Shown here: piece after piece, positions 37,169-50,089 of the stretch
Numbering within the stretch: the first letter of the stretch is position 1
Layout: the number at the start of each line of letters is the position of its first letter
NCBI RefSeq assembly: GCF_006345805.1
Contig: NC_043019.1
Coordinates: 4,959,360 to 5,023,359 of the forward strand
Length of the DNA: 64,000 nt
Source of the DNA: Octopus sinensis
Lineage: Eukaryota
Direction of reading: 5' to 3'
Made by a program: the position numbers and the translations under genes
Notes under the pieces: generated by a model
The model's database searches: none
The model's input: only the letters and a program-made list of their open reading frames with translations
Told to the model about the DNA's origin: nothing

Positions 37169-37252
37169 TCGGCTGACGAGTACGAGCCATCTGTATTCAC
37201 TGCATTTTTTGTAGCTTATTAAAGATGTCCTCGTACGAAACGATCGTACCGA
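37169..37252 (+). ncRNA. Canonical minimal type I hammerhead ribozyme
   Basis: TCGG-CTGACGA-GTACGAG[loop]CTCGTAC-GAAA-CGATCG-TA-CCGA; all core nucleotides present, 7-bp stem II, palindromic stem III, GUA triplet. Confidence 0.88.
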
Positions 37253-37280
37253 GATTTTAATCCATTCTTGTTGCTTTTTT

Positions 37281-37319
<39 letters not shown>

Positions 37320-37331
37320 ATTTCTCTGCAG

Positions 37332-37398
37332 GAAAGTGATGGAAGTGATCCGAGCCCAAGAACAGAACAAGGATATTCATGAACATTTCCACAATGAG
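37332..37398 (+). CDS. VPS11: VPS11 exon: (R)KVMEVIRAQEQNKDIHEHFHNE
   Basis: ctgcag acceptor, gtacag donor, phase 2/0; human RKVMDMIRAQEQKRDLHDQF. Confidence 0.96.
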
Positions 37399-37762
37399 GT
37401 ACAGTAGTTTTTTTTTCTTCTCCCCTTGCTTTCCTTCAATTCCTTATTCTCTAAATATGACTTCTGTCAGTTCTGTAGTTACAAAGATCAAGTACCAGGC
37501 TTCAAAGACATAAGCACTGAGGTCAATTTGTTCAGCTGAACCCTTGAGGACAGTGCTCCAGCATGGCTACAGTCCTATGACTGAAACAAGCAAAAGATAT
37601 ATGGGTGCAGGAGTGGCTGTGTACTAAGTAGCTTGCTAACCAACCACATGGTTCCGGGTTCAGTCCCACTGCGTGGCACCATGGACTAGTGTCTTCTATA
37701 GCCTCAGACTGATCAAGGCCTTGTGAGTGGATTCGGTGGACGGAAACTGAAAGAAGCCCGTC

Positions 37763-37795
<33 letters not shown>

Positions 37796-38371
37796 TGCAA
37801 GAGTGGCTGTGTGGTAAGCAGCTTGCTTACCAACCACATGGTTCCGGGTTCAGTCCCACTGCGTGGCACCTTGGGCAAGTGTCTTCTACTATAGCCTCGG
37901 GCCAACCAAAGCCTTGTGAGTGGATTTGGTAGACGGAAACTGAAAGAAGCATATATGTATGTGTCTGTGTTTGTCCCCCTTGCATTGCTTGACAACTGAT
38001 GCTGGTGTGTTTATGTCCCCCGTCATTTAGCGGTTCGGCAAAAAGAGACCGATAGAATAAGTACTGGGCTTACAAAGAATAAGTCCCAGGGTCGATTAGC
38101 TCGACTAAAGGTGGTGCTCCAGCATTGCCACAGTCAAATGACTCAAAGAAGTAAAAGAGTATATATGTGTGTGTCACCCAACCATCATTTGACAACCGAT
38201 GTTGGTGTGTTTACGTCCCCTGTAACTTAGCAGTTCAGCAAAAGAGGCCGATAGAATAAGTACTAGGCTTGCAAAGAACAAGTCCTGGAGTCGGTTTGTT
38301 CGACTAAAGGCAGTGTTTCCAGCATGGCCACAGTCAAATGACTGAAACAAATAAAAGAATAAAAACATGTA

Positions 38372-38446
38372 CTCTGTACTCTGAGTTATGTCATACCTCT
38401 GTACTCTGAGTTATGTCATACCTCTGTACTCTGAGTTATGTCATAC
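38372..38446. repeat. 25-bp tandem repeat x3
   Basis: ctctgtactctgagttatgtcatac. Confidence 0.9.
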
Positions 38447-38742
38447 TGATGACAGCAAAGGGTGTTACATCCCCAAGCTAGAAATTGATCTGTGACTAAA
38501 CCTTTTAAAAAGAAATCTGTTTTTGTTCTTTTCCCTTGCTTTCAGCCCATTGTCTGTGTGATAAATAAGGAAGTTTTAGAGCCATTTGGCATCTACTTCC
38601 AGCATGTGGCACTACTCAGTACTTGCTTTTGTTATATTTATAAAATTATGTACTTTGTGTTAATTTTTATCTAAATGGCTTGTTTCATGCTAGCTACTTG
38701 ATAAAATCCTAAATTTTATCCTTGATTATAATGATATATATA

Positions 38743-39994
38743 CAGGGGTTGGACAAAATAATGGAAACACCTTAAAATTTCAAACAAATTTATTTTAATA
38801 TGGGGCAGGACTGTTTGAATTCTACGAGGTATAGACTCGTACAAAGTTTGAATTGTTCCCAAAGGAATTTTTGTCCATTCTTCAGCTAAAACAGTCTCCA
38901 GTTCTTGTAGAGATGATGATGGTGGAGGATATCGACTCCTTACTTGCTTTTCTTAAATGTATCATAAATGTTCAACAATATTGAGTTCTGGGGACTGTGG
39001 TGGCCAGATAAGATGTTCAACTTCACTAGAATGTTCCTCGTGCCGTTCAGTAACAACTTTAGCTGTGTGAATTGGTGCAATATCATCCTGAAAGATAGCA
39101 TTTCCCCCCAGAAACAGTTCTGCAACCATAGGATGAATTTGATCAGATAAAATGCTTAAATAGTCTTGACTATTAATTCTGCCATGAAGAGAGACCATTG
39201 GGCCAGCGGATTTCCAAGATATAGCCCCCTAGATCATCACAGATCCTCCCCGCTGTTCAATAGTTGGAAGAAGGCAGTCTGGGTCAAATGCTTCTTTTGG
39301 CTCTCTTCACATTTATACTCGGCCGGTGGTTGGAAAAAAAAGTAAAGGATGACTAATCCAAGAAAATAACATTCTTCCACTTCTCTAGGGACCAATTCTG
39401 TAGGTTTTTACTCCACTCTAAACGCTTTGCACTGTTTTTGAAAGTAGTGGTTTTCTGATTGCAGCCCTCCTGTGAAATCCAGCTTTGTGCAGCTCCTGGC
39501 AAAGTGAACAGTTTTTGTGGAAACTGGGTTCTGGAGGTGGTCATTAAGCTCTGCAGTAATTTTGGGAGTTACACTTTTCTGATCCTTTCTAACAATTTGT
39601 GTAAGAGTCCAACAGTCCCTATCTGAAAGTTTTGGTTTTCTTCTGGAGTTCTCTTTCAACGAGGAGAGTTTTTCCCTCTTTCTCAAAGGCTGCCATTACT
39701 TTCGAGACAGTACTTCTTGATACACCAAACATTTCAGCTGTTTCCATCATGCTAACACTTGCCATACAAGCACCAAGAATTTGACCTCTTTGAAAGTCCG
39801 ACAGATCTGTCATTTTAATGAATTTTAATTTCCTTTCTCTGGTGATATCTGCAAAGAAAGAGCAATTTTAGCAAAGCATATTAAGCAACACTAATAATAA
39901 ATCAAAAAACATGAAAATAAACAAGCTTTTCATGGTTTTATAGATATTTCAAAATTATGATGCTAGGTATTTCCTTTATTTTGTCCAACCCTTG
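38743..39994 (-). mobile_element. Decayed near-full-length Tc1-family transposon
   Basis: TIRs TA|CAGGGGTTGGACAAAATA and TTTTGTCCAACCCTTG; fragmented transposase with LSDFQRGQILG, VSRSTVSKV, WKNVIFLD, AIFQDDIAPIH, WPPQSPELNIVEHL. Confidence 0.92.
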
Positions 39995-40254
39995 TGTGTA
40001 TGTATATATATATATATATATATATACGATATAGTGTATATTTAAACACATAAGGAATCCACTTATAGGAATTCTACATGCTAGAAAGAACAGCTAGGTT
40101 CTATAACCACAAAATTTAGAGATAAAATTCGACAGGAACAAATTGAAAAATTATAAACATTTTACCATCTAGTTTCCTGGACCAATTGGTTTCTGATCTT
40201 ATTTTAGTGAGTCAAGGAACTCGTGTGATCTTAGCCGCAGTCCTTTGCTGGCTA

Positions 40255-40410
40255 TATATATACATATACACACACACACATACACACATACATATACACA
40301 TACACATACCTATATACATATACATACATACGTACACATACATACATACACATACATACATACACACACACACATACACACACATATGCACATATATATA
40401 TATATATATA
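40255..40410. repeat. Compound (TA/CA/TACA)n microsatellite
   Basis: Seen directly. Confidence 0.9.
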
Positions 40411-40754
40411 TCATCATCATTCATCGTTTTAAATCCGAGTTTTATCCCTGTTAACAGGGGTGGCTAGATCTACCTCAATGCCATAGCAACTGAGGTAGGT
40501 AGGTACAGCCCACCCCAAACTTTGGGCTGGCTGGTGTCCATTCTCCCTTGCTGTCGTGAGGTTTTTTTGGAGCTGTATTTTCTATGGGGAGCATGCCCTT
40601 GCTTACCCCCAACCTCAGTTTGTATACATGAGTGGCCCCGAGACCAAGGCCTCTACCACAATTATTAAGAAATGTAATGGAAAACTACCTCAGGAAGGCA
40701 GAGACGCTACTCCCTGAGACCCCTTTCGGAGCCCCCCTATCTATATATATATAT

Positions 40755-41255
40755 CATCATCATCATCATCATTTAACGTCCGTTTTCCATGCTAGCATGG
40801 GTTGGACGGTTCAACTGGGGTCTGAGAAGCCAGAAGGCTGCATCAGGCCCAGTCTGATCTGGCAGTGTTTCCTAACGCCAACCACTCCGTGAGTGTAGTG
40901 GGTGCTTTTTACGTGCCACCCGCACAGGTGCCAGACAGAGCTGGCAAACGGCCACGAACGGACGGTGCTTTTACGTGTCACCGGCACGGGGGCCAGGCGA
41001 GGCTGGCAACGGACACGAACGGATGGTGCTTTTACGTGCCACCAACACGGGGGCCAGACAGAGCTGGCAAACGGCCACGAAACGGATGGTGCTTTTACGT
41101 GTCACCGGCACGGGGGCCAGGCGAGGCTGGCAACGGACATGAACGGATGGTGCTTTTACATGCCACCGACACGGGGGCCAGACAGGGCTGGCAAACGGCC
41201 ACGAACGGATGGTGCTTTTACGTGTCACCGGCACGGGGGCCAGACAGAGCTGGCA
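40755..41255 (-). mobile_element. SINE family C with about 5 diverged internal 60-bp repeats
   Basis: (CAT)n end and repeated ggtgcttttacgtg units. Confidence 0.82.
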
Positions 41256-41363
41256 TATTTATGGGGTAATAGAACTTAATATATGTATGTGTGAGTCTGT
41301 ATATATGTGTTTACCTGAAACATGCAACTGGTTCAATCATTATTTTTGTCTCTCTTATTATAG

Positions 41364-41429
41364 CTTGACCGTGTCCAGGATGGATTCTCTTTGATTGCTG
41401 ATTACTTTGGCCGTGGTATTTTTAGTAAG
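41364..41429 (+). CDS. VPS11: VPS11 exon: LDRVQDGFSLIADYFGRGIFSK
   Basis: tatag acceptor, gtttgt donor; conserved VPS11 C-terminal ADYFGRG motif. Confidence 0.95.
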
Positions 41430-42117
41430 GTTTGTAGTACTCACCTTTCTCAATAATTTCACCTTTGTCCATTTGTACACATTATTCCCTGCTGACATGA
41501 CCAAGTACACTTCTTTGGGCTCAAAGTTGTGTTCTTGAACAAGACACTTTATTTCACGTTGTTCCAGTTCACTCAGCTGTAGAATTGAGTTGCGGCAACA
41601 CTGGTGCCGAGCCCTATCGGTGTTTGCCTTTCCTTTGGAAACATCAGTGGTATGGAAGAGGGGAGGCTGGTATGCATGGGCAACTTCTAGTTTTCTAGAA
41701 AACAACCGCTAGCCTCCTGAAGAAGGTCTTTACCCTTTAGTGTAACTGAATGCTAAAGGGTTTGTTCTTGGGTGTCTGTAGCAGAGTTCATTCCGTTGCA
41801 AGCATTCAGACCATATCTGAGGATAACTCAAAGTGCTGTGGCTTCTTGTCTTTTATGCACAAGTTCCAGAGATCCTGAAAAACTCACTGGCACAGCCCTT
41901 ACGTCTCTTGAGTAAGACATAAAAAAGAAAAAGAAATTACAATATAGGCACAGGAGTGGCTGTGTGGTAAGTAGCTTGCTAACCAACCACATGGTTCCGG
42001 GTTCAGTCCCACTGCGTGGCATCTTGGGCAAGTGTCTTCTGCTATAGCCCTGGTCCGACCAATGCCTTGTGAGTGGATTTGGTAGATGGAAACTGAAAGA
42101 AGCCCGTCGTATATATG

Positions 42118-42148
<31 letters not shown>

Positions 42149-42404
42149 TTGTCCCCCTAGCATTGCTTGACAACCGATGCTGGTGTGTTTACATCCCCGT
42201 CACTTAGCGGTTCGGCAAAAGAGACCGATAGAATAAGTACTGGGCTTACAAAGAATAAGTGCCGGGGTCGATTTGCTCGACTAAAGGCGGTGCTCCAGCA
42301 TGGCCGCAGTCAAATGACTGAAACGAGTAAAAGAGTAATAAAAATAATATCTTTTTATTTGTTTATTAATTTGTTTTTTCTCATTTCTTTTTATTTTTAC
42401 CTAG

Positions 42405-42437
42405 AAATCTCCAATGAAAGAATATATTCAGCCTTGA
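42405..42437 (+). CDS. VPS11: Probable VPS11 terminal coding exon: KSPMKEYIQP*
   Basis: Long pyrimidine tract plus cctag acceptor; phase 0 compatible; TGA at 42435-42437; sequence not conserved enough to confirm. Confidence 0.65.
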   Translation, partial: KSPMKEYIQP

Positions 42438-43046
42438 AAGATTTCAATCAACCCAGTATGAATTCTGAACATGTCACCTGTCCCCTCTGGTGCTCTGGCC
42501 TTGAAACCGTATTTTAAGATGACACTTTGATGTCATATACCAGATTGACATATGTACCATATATCTGTACAGTTATGTGATAAACCGCTTCCACCACCAT
42601 GACCCTATTTGAGGCAAAGATAATGGTACCACTGAGAATTTCCTCCCCCTACTCCACCACCTTCTCTCGGGCAGTACAGGGTTCTTTATCTTAATTCTTG
42701 CAAGTCTCAAAAGCTAGCTATTAGCATAATCAATCTGTGATCCCTAAATTGGAAATGAATAAGGAATGTTTCTTGACATTCCCTATTCATTTCCATTGCA
42801 TTGTACCTTAAACATTCCCTGGTTGCACTTCATGAAACCACAAGACCACTTCTTCGTTAATTCTCAAATTCTAGTCAATTTCTATCAAATTAATTAAGGC
42901 CATCAATGTATTGTATTTATTCCGTTTTCTTTTTCTTGTTACCAATTATTGTTTTCAAACTTTTTGCTAAATTTAACGATATTTTAAGTTTTATGCATCC
43001 ATGATTAAGTTTTTTTTGGTTTTTGGAAAAGTCTTATGGTTTAAAT

Positions 43047-43363
43047 CAGTGGTTCTCAAACCAGGACCCCACATGGCCCCTGAGGGTCCACATAACAAAA
43101 TAGTAAACCAGGGATCCTCAATGATATTCTAAGAGCCCCTACAAAAAATGTTGCTTTAGATGTTTATATGTATTGCAAGAAACAGCCAGGTTGCTTCTTT
43201 CTCTAACATTTTAAATAGTTCAACCTACACAAGTGTATGTGCGAAAAACAAAATTGCAATTTTAAAAGAAGCTTCTATAAAACTAGTTTTTAAACATCGA
43301 ATAGCAGTGAAGCTCCACCAGAATAAAATAATCAAAGGGATAAAATATGATTGAGAACCCCTG
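43047..43363. mobile_element. hAT/Charlie-type MITE
   Basis: CAGTGGTTCTCAA ... TTGAGAACCCCTG with near-8-bp TSD gtttaaat/gtttacat; relatives at about 25525-26404 (interrupted) and 56557-56815. Confidence 0.75.
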
Positions 43364-46224
43364 GTTTACATAGTTAATCATTTAACATACACATATACAC
43401 TATTAGTAAATAATATATCAAATAATCGGAAACACAATAGGTCTGTACATTGTAATAAATCCAACAGAAATTTGAAGCTTGTTTTTTTTCTTTAGAATTG
43501 TGTTTTATAAATGACTAGCAGTATCGCCTGGCGTTGCTCGGGTTTGTAAGGGAAATAACTATATAAGCATTTTTAGAGAGTTACTTCCCTTATATAATAG
43601 CAAAAAAATGCATTAAAAATGGGAAAAAATGATGGTAAATTTTTTTTTAAATCGTTGACTCATCGTAGACATTTTTAGATAGTTACTTCCCTTATATAAT
43701 AGCGAAAAAAATGCAATAAAAATGGGATGGTAAATTTTTTTTTAAATCGTAGACTCATTGTAGATGCGCGCTAATACCCAGAAGGGCTCGATATGAATCA
43801 CGACCATAAGATACCCGGTTTTGGTTAAACTGCACTGCAAAATGTGGGAGTAGTTAGGAATCTAAATCGTAGGAGACAGACAGACACACAACCTCACTTT
43901 ACAATAAAGAAGATATAGTAATAACAATTGTCAATACTTTCACTTTTTTTTTTTTACTGTATTTCTAAACATGGTGTACCATAATTTGAAACATGTGGTA
44001 ATTAATAGAAAGCACAATGTATACGACATTAAATCTGAATGTAATTAACAATCAATGAAGATAATTTATGACTATTGACATAGTGTTAATAACTGAAACA
44101 GTACAATTACTGAACATTACGATTCATGTAACCATATTTCTTGATAATAAATCTATCATGTGGTTGATTATCAGTAAATTGAGTTTATTGATACTGTGAC
44201 ATAGATAGAAATAATAAAGTATACTAAGGGCATATATATATGTGTATATATATATATATCTAATATAGGATACAATTTTTCGAAAAAAATTCTCTCAATG
44301 GTCAGCATATTAAAAAAAATACCTTTAAAAGTTAAATTTATGTTTATATGTGTGTGTGTGTATATATATGTGTGTGATTTCGGAAAGAGTAGAATATAAA
44401 AGCTTTCACTTTGATATTAATAACTATGGAAGACTGATGGGAATATAATCTGCATGGACTTCGAGGGCTAGGTTGCTATTTAGTTAGATAATTTCGAAGT
44501 TAGTTATAGGTTTACTAATTAAATTTATTTACCGATACTGTTTTCGTACATAGGGTAAATGTGCTCCTTTGTTGTAATTTAATTAATGTTAGTTTATATT
44601 CCTTCCTAGAATTAAGATTGTATGGATGTGGTTATATCTGAGGTCTGTTTGTTCCCAAACAACACATATTTTAGTGCTGTTGACACTACCAGATTGAATG
44701 GTATTGCCCAGGTGTCAAAACCATAGTGATATCCATGAGGCAGCTGATGATGGGGGTATGTTGGGTTGTTGGTATGGCTGTTATTGTATGTGCAGAATAG
44801 TTTTATAAGACTATTTGATTATATATATAATGTTTCCCTTTTAGTTTGTGTATAACAAACCAAATGTGAATATCTGTATATAAGGATATATGCAGAGAAA
44901 TTAGTGTATATATATATATATGCAAGACTTGCACTAAAAAAATAATCCCAACTAGTTTTTCAATATGCCTAGAATTATTAGCACTCTGGGCAAAATGCTT
45001 AGTGGCATTTCATCTGTCTCCATGCTCTGAGCTCAAATTCCGTTGAGATTGACTTTGCCTTTCATCCTTCCAGGGTCAATAAAATAAAATAAGTACCAGC
45101 TGACCACTGGGATTGATGTAATCAACCTACCACCCACTTCCCCTGAAATTGCTGGCATTATGCCAAAACGTGAAGCATTATTATTATTATTATTATTATT
45201 ATTATAAGGTGGCAAGCTGGCAGAATCATTAGCACACCTGGGAAAATACTTAGTGTCATTTGTTCTCTCTTTATATGCTGAATTCAAATTCCACCAAGGT
45301 CAACTTTGCTTTCATCCTTTCAGGGTCAATAAAGTACCAGTTGAGCACTGGAGTCAATGTAATAGACTAGTCCCACCCCCATCCCAAATTTCTGGCCTTG
45401 TACCTTTAGTAGAAAGGATTACTATTACGATACAAAATTCGTTCATAGTTTAGGTGGTATACTCTTTTACTTGTTTCAGTCATTTGACTGCGGCCATGCT
45501 GGAGCACCGCCTTTAATCGAGCAACTTGACCCCGGGGCTTATTCTTTTGTAAGCCCAGTACTTATTCTATCGATCTCTTTTGCCAAACCGCTAAGTAACG
45601 GGGACATAAACACACCAGCATCGGTTGTCAAGCAATGCTAGGGGGACAAACACAGACACACAAACAAACACACATACATACATATATAAATATATATATG
45701 TATATGTACGACAGGCTTCTTTCAGTTTCCGTCTACCAAATCCACTCACAAGGCTTTGGTCGGCCCGAGGCTATAGCAGAAGACACTTGCCCAAGATGCC
45801 ACGCAGCGGGACTGAACCCGGAACCATGTGGTTGGTTAGCAAGCTACTTACCACACAACTACTCCTGCGCCTATTTGAGTATAAATCTGAATCTTTTAGC
45901 CATATATGGGTGGTGTAAATGCTGAAGGGTGAAAAGATGTTAAAGGGTTGAACAATGAAGAGGGAGAATGAAAAGTGAATCCATTTTTTTCAACGTATTC
46001 TGAAAAAATATGTATAAATTATGTTTCGTTTTTTAGTGTGTATTTATGTATGTATATATAACATAAACCAGAAGGCATGTAAATAATTAGGATATATAAT
46101 TAGTGTTACTGTAAAATAAACCCAGCATTATTTTTGAACAGGATTAAATATGTGTGTGTGTGTGTGTGTGTGTCTTGTTGTGCAGAATCGATTCATAGCT
46201 CTGCTGCGTATGTAAAGAATGTAA

Positions 46225-46949
46225 TTAACCCTTTCGTTATTGTATTTATTTTGAGATGCATTGTGTTTCTTTCAATTACTTTAAATATAACAAAGAATTT
46301 ATTAAAATAACTCAGTTATCATTCAGCTAGTGTTGGGAATATAAATTGGGATTAAGGTTTGGTGGAAGATTTTAATTGAAAACTTATGAAAGCAAGACAT
46401 TTGTACTACTGAGCCAGACTCGGTTCTGGCCGGGTTGGTAACGAAAGGGTTAAATATAACAAAGAATTTATTAAAATAACTTAGTTATCATTCAGCTAGT
46501 GTTGGGAATATAAATTGGGATTAAGGTTTCGTGGAAGATTTTAATTGAAAACTTATGAAAGCAAGACATTTGTACTACTGAGCCAGAGTCGGTTCTGGCC
46601 GGGTTGGTAACGAAAGGGTTAAATATAACAAAGAATTTATTAAAATAACTTAGTTATCATTCAGCTAGTGTTGGGAATATAAATTGGGATTAAGGTTTCG
46701 TGGAAGATTTTAATTGAAAACTTATGAAAGCAAGACATTTGTACTACTGAGCCACAGTCGGTTCTGGCCGGGTTGGTAACGAAAGGGTTAAATATAACAA
46801 AGAATTTATTAAAATAACTTAGTTATCATTCAGCTAGTGTTGGGAATATAAATTGGGATTAAGGTTTGGTGGAAGATTTTAATTCAAAACTTATGAAAAC
46901 AAGACATTTGTACTCAGAGCCAGAGCCGGGTTGGTAACGAAAGGGTTAA
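46225..46949. repeat. piggyBac-type MITE whose right 169 bp (including TIR and TTAA) is repeated 4 times
   Basis: gggttaa ends at 46453, 46622, 46791 and 46949. Confidence 0.9.
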
Positions 46950-49900
46950 TGTCCAACATAGTGTTGACAATTGTGCATATATCACTACATAAAAACACAC
47001 TATACTACACAACCATACAATGAATGCTGGGGACATTTGGATTAAAATTGTAATAAACTAGTTTAGTTTCAAGATACTTCTCACAGGCGTTCTAGGATTG
47101 GTGATATTCAAATTCTCTCACTCGGTTGATCGAGTCACAGATTGAATCCCAGCAGCATCATGCCACAATTCTGCCCCCTTTTTTTTTTTATCTTGTGTAG
47201 TATTCTTTGCATCTTCTGTAATGAATGCATGCCTTGCTCTCTCTCTTTCCTGGAAAACCAATCGGAACTTTGCAAACCAACCCCCCAATAAATTCCTAGC
47301 AGCCTACTTCAAATCGATCACAGCATATACTCCCAGCCTTGGCTTCTGCACTGCTCTGCTGATTCCCACTTTTTGGCAAGCTTTCTCTCAAGAGCCTCCT
47401 TCTATGCGTTCTTCCCAAAGCTCAAGTCAGCTTGTCACAGGATCTCGCCTGCTTTAGTGAAATCTAAAAAGATGACTATGTCTAGCTAGGCAGAGTGTCA
47501 TTAGTATGATGTGCTCTGGGAACTTTATGTATGTGTGTATGTATTTATTCACTGTGAGATTTTTTTTTTTTTTTGCATGACTCTTAGTGTTTCTGTCAAG
47601 CGTCATGGAAAAAAAAATTTAATCTTGTGAGTCACTTGAGAGAATTGTGGCTGATAAATAAAGAAATATATATACTTTTGTGAATTGAATTCTATTTTCC
47701 TTGTTTGTACCACCAAAACTTTATATCTATGTCTCTATGAGTGTGCGTGTGTATATATATATATACACACATAAATGATGAAAATGAGTGCTCAACACTG
47801 CATTGGTGGATAGAATTTTTAAATTTGTGTATTAAGGCTACCATTGGTTTCCTTTTAAGAAATATCTTAATTTTTCAAGCCGATCACATGGATCATATAT
47901 ACGTATGTATGTATGTATATATTCTTCAAAAACACACAAATTAACTAACGCAATATTAAAATCAGTGTTTTTAAAACAGCTTTCATTGTTAATACTAACG
48001 ACTGAAATTCAGTTCAATTAATACATAAGAATGCTAATAAAACGACCTTTTGACGAATGTATGTCACCGTTGGTGACAAAGAGAACAACTGAATATTATT
48101 ATTATTATTCAATAAATTGAAATTGATTTATCTCTTTTTTTTTTACTTACTGACTTCAGTTCGTTGCATGTGTGTCACTGGGTGCTCAAATATATTTCAC
48201 TGTGGATGTGAGTGAGTGTAACACTATGCTCTAAAATGTCTTTTTTTTTGTGAGTGTTTGTCAGTTAGTATGAGTGCAGGGGCTGTATCATGGCCTTGAC
48301 AATTAGCGAGAAATATCATTTAATGTATCCTTTTTATTTTTCCATGCTTACCATGGGTCACGTAGAAATTGTTAAGGTATATTTTCTACAGCTGGATGCC
48401 TTTCCTCTCACCAACCCTACGTTTCCTGTGGATCTCTCATCGGTCCCAAATAAGATGGTGATGTTAACTTGAGATCACATGATTCAAAGGGACAGAATGC
48501 AATAACAGAACTATTGCACTGATGAACCCCTGTTGTGAAATCCTACTAAAATCATCTCAAACAGAATAAAAACAAGGCCAGAAGAAATTCGTGAAGAACA
48601 GGTGGGGGTTTGACCCTTTACTGTTTGCATTATTCTGCCAAAATTAATCCTTTTTTATCCACATTGCCTTGAACTAATCAGGCATTAATCTTGTAGCTAT
48701 GAGATTTTGATGAGGTAGCTGTTAATTTTTAAAATGACATTGTAGGGTTGGTGTGAGAGACCAGATCTGGCCCAGTTTGAACATAAAACAGGCCGAATAC
48801 TTTTGGCCGGATATGGCCAGTTTAAATGCTAAAAGGTTAAACCCAGAAGAGGAACAAGAAACCAGATATTGGACATTAAAATGGTAACTGTAAAAAAATC
48901 ATAAATTGAAGAATGATGGATATTAAAATTAAGCATAGACCTATGACGATTATTAGGTAAAGACTGCCTTCAGTCATGAATGACCATGGGATTGCAGCTA
49001 GAAAGTTTCTCTCTGAGACAAAAGTCCAGGCAAGGTTGGAACCTGGTGCATACTTTACACCTTTTGAGCTCTACAAACTTGAAACCAAACAATTGTTGAG
49101 AAAAAGATGGAGGCTACATGTAAATTTAGACCCCTTTCGGTCATACATGACCATGGAATTGCACCTAGAAAGTTCCCTTCCAAAGCATAAGTTCAGGTAA
49201 AGTTGTTTATGGAAAACCAGCAGTTCCCCTCTCCACACCACCAATATTATCCAAGGGAAAGGCTAAGGGGTCGATACAGCTTGGCACCAGAGACATTGCA
49301 ACACATTTCTACAGCTGAATGGAACTGGGACAACATGAAATAAAGTGTCTTGCCCAAGAAATACAACATACAACCCAGTCCAGGAATTGAACTCGCTATC
49401 TCATGGTTGTGAGCCTGATGCTCTCACCACTAAATCAAGTGCCTTCACATATCTATTAGGTAGTAGACAGGTAACTGGTATTTCTAATGTAAGGCGGCGA
49501 GCTGGCAGAAACGTTAGCATGCCGGGTGAAATGCTTAGCGGTATTTCGTCTACTGTTACGTTGTGAGTTCAAATTCCGCCAAGGTCGACTTTGCCTTTCA
49601 TCCTTTCGGGGTGGATAAATTAAGTACCAGTTACGCACTGGGGTCGATGTAATCGACTTAAAACCTATGTCTGTCCTTGTTTGTCCCCTCTATGTTTAGC
49701 CCCTTGTGGGTAGTAAAGAAATAGGTATTTCTAATGTAAGCTCCAATTATAATATTGCACACAACATATGTATGTAAAAGCAAAGGTGGACTGACAGAAT
49801 TGTTAGCTCACCTGTCCAAAAATGCTTAGCGGCATTTCGTCTGTCTTTACATTCAGAGTTCAAATTCTGTCATGGGTGGCTTTGCCTTGGTAAAGTGAGG

Positions 49901-50089
49901 ACCAGTTGAGAACTGGGGTCGCTGTAATCAACTTAATCCCTCCCTTATGCCAAAATTTGAAGCCGATATGTAAAGCATATATCTATGAATATTTAACCCC
50001 CTTAGCCTTCAGATTACTCTGTCAAATGCAATGCTTAAATATTCATGTCATTTTCAATTGATATTGCATTATTTCATACCTTTGGGAAT

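Larger units (their letters stand above)
36985..37284. repeat. Fold-back element (about 140-bp arms) with a hammerhead in each arm
   Basis: 36985-37126 is the reverse complement of 37143-37284; followed by (TA)n. Confidence 0.95.

Noticed and set aside
47000-47460. Unique GC-richer block and ORF 47221-47457 as an exon or promoter
   Set aside because: No recognisable protein motif or convincing splice-site pair; cannot be supported without transcripts.
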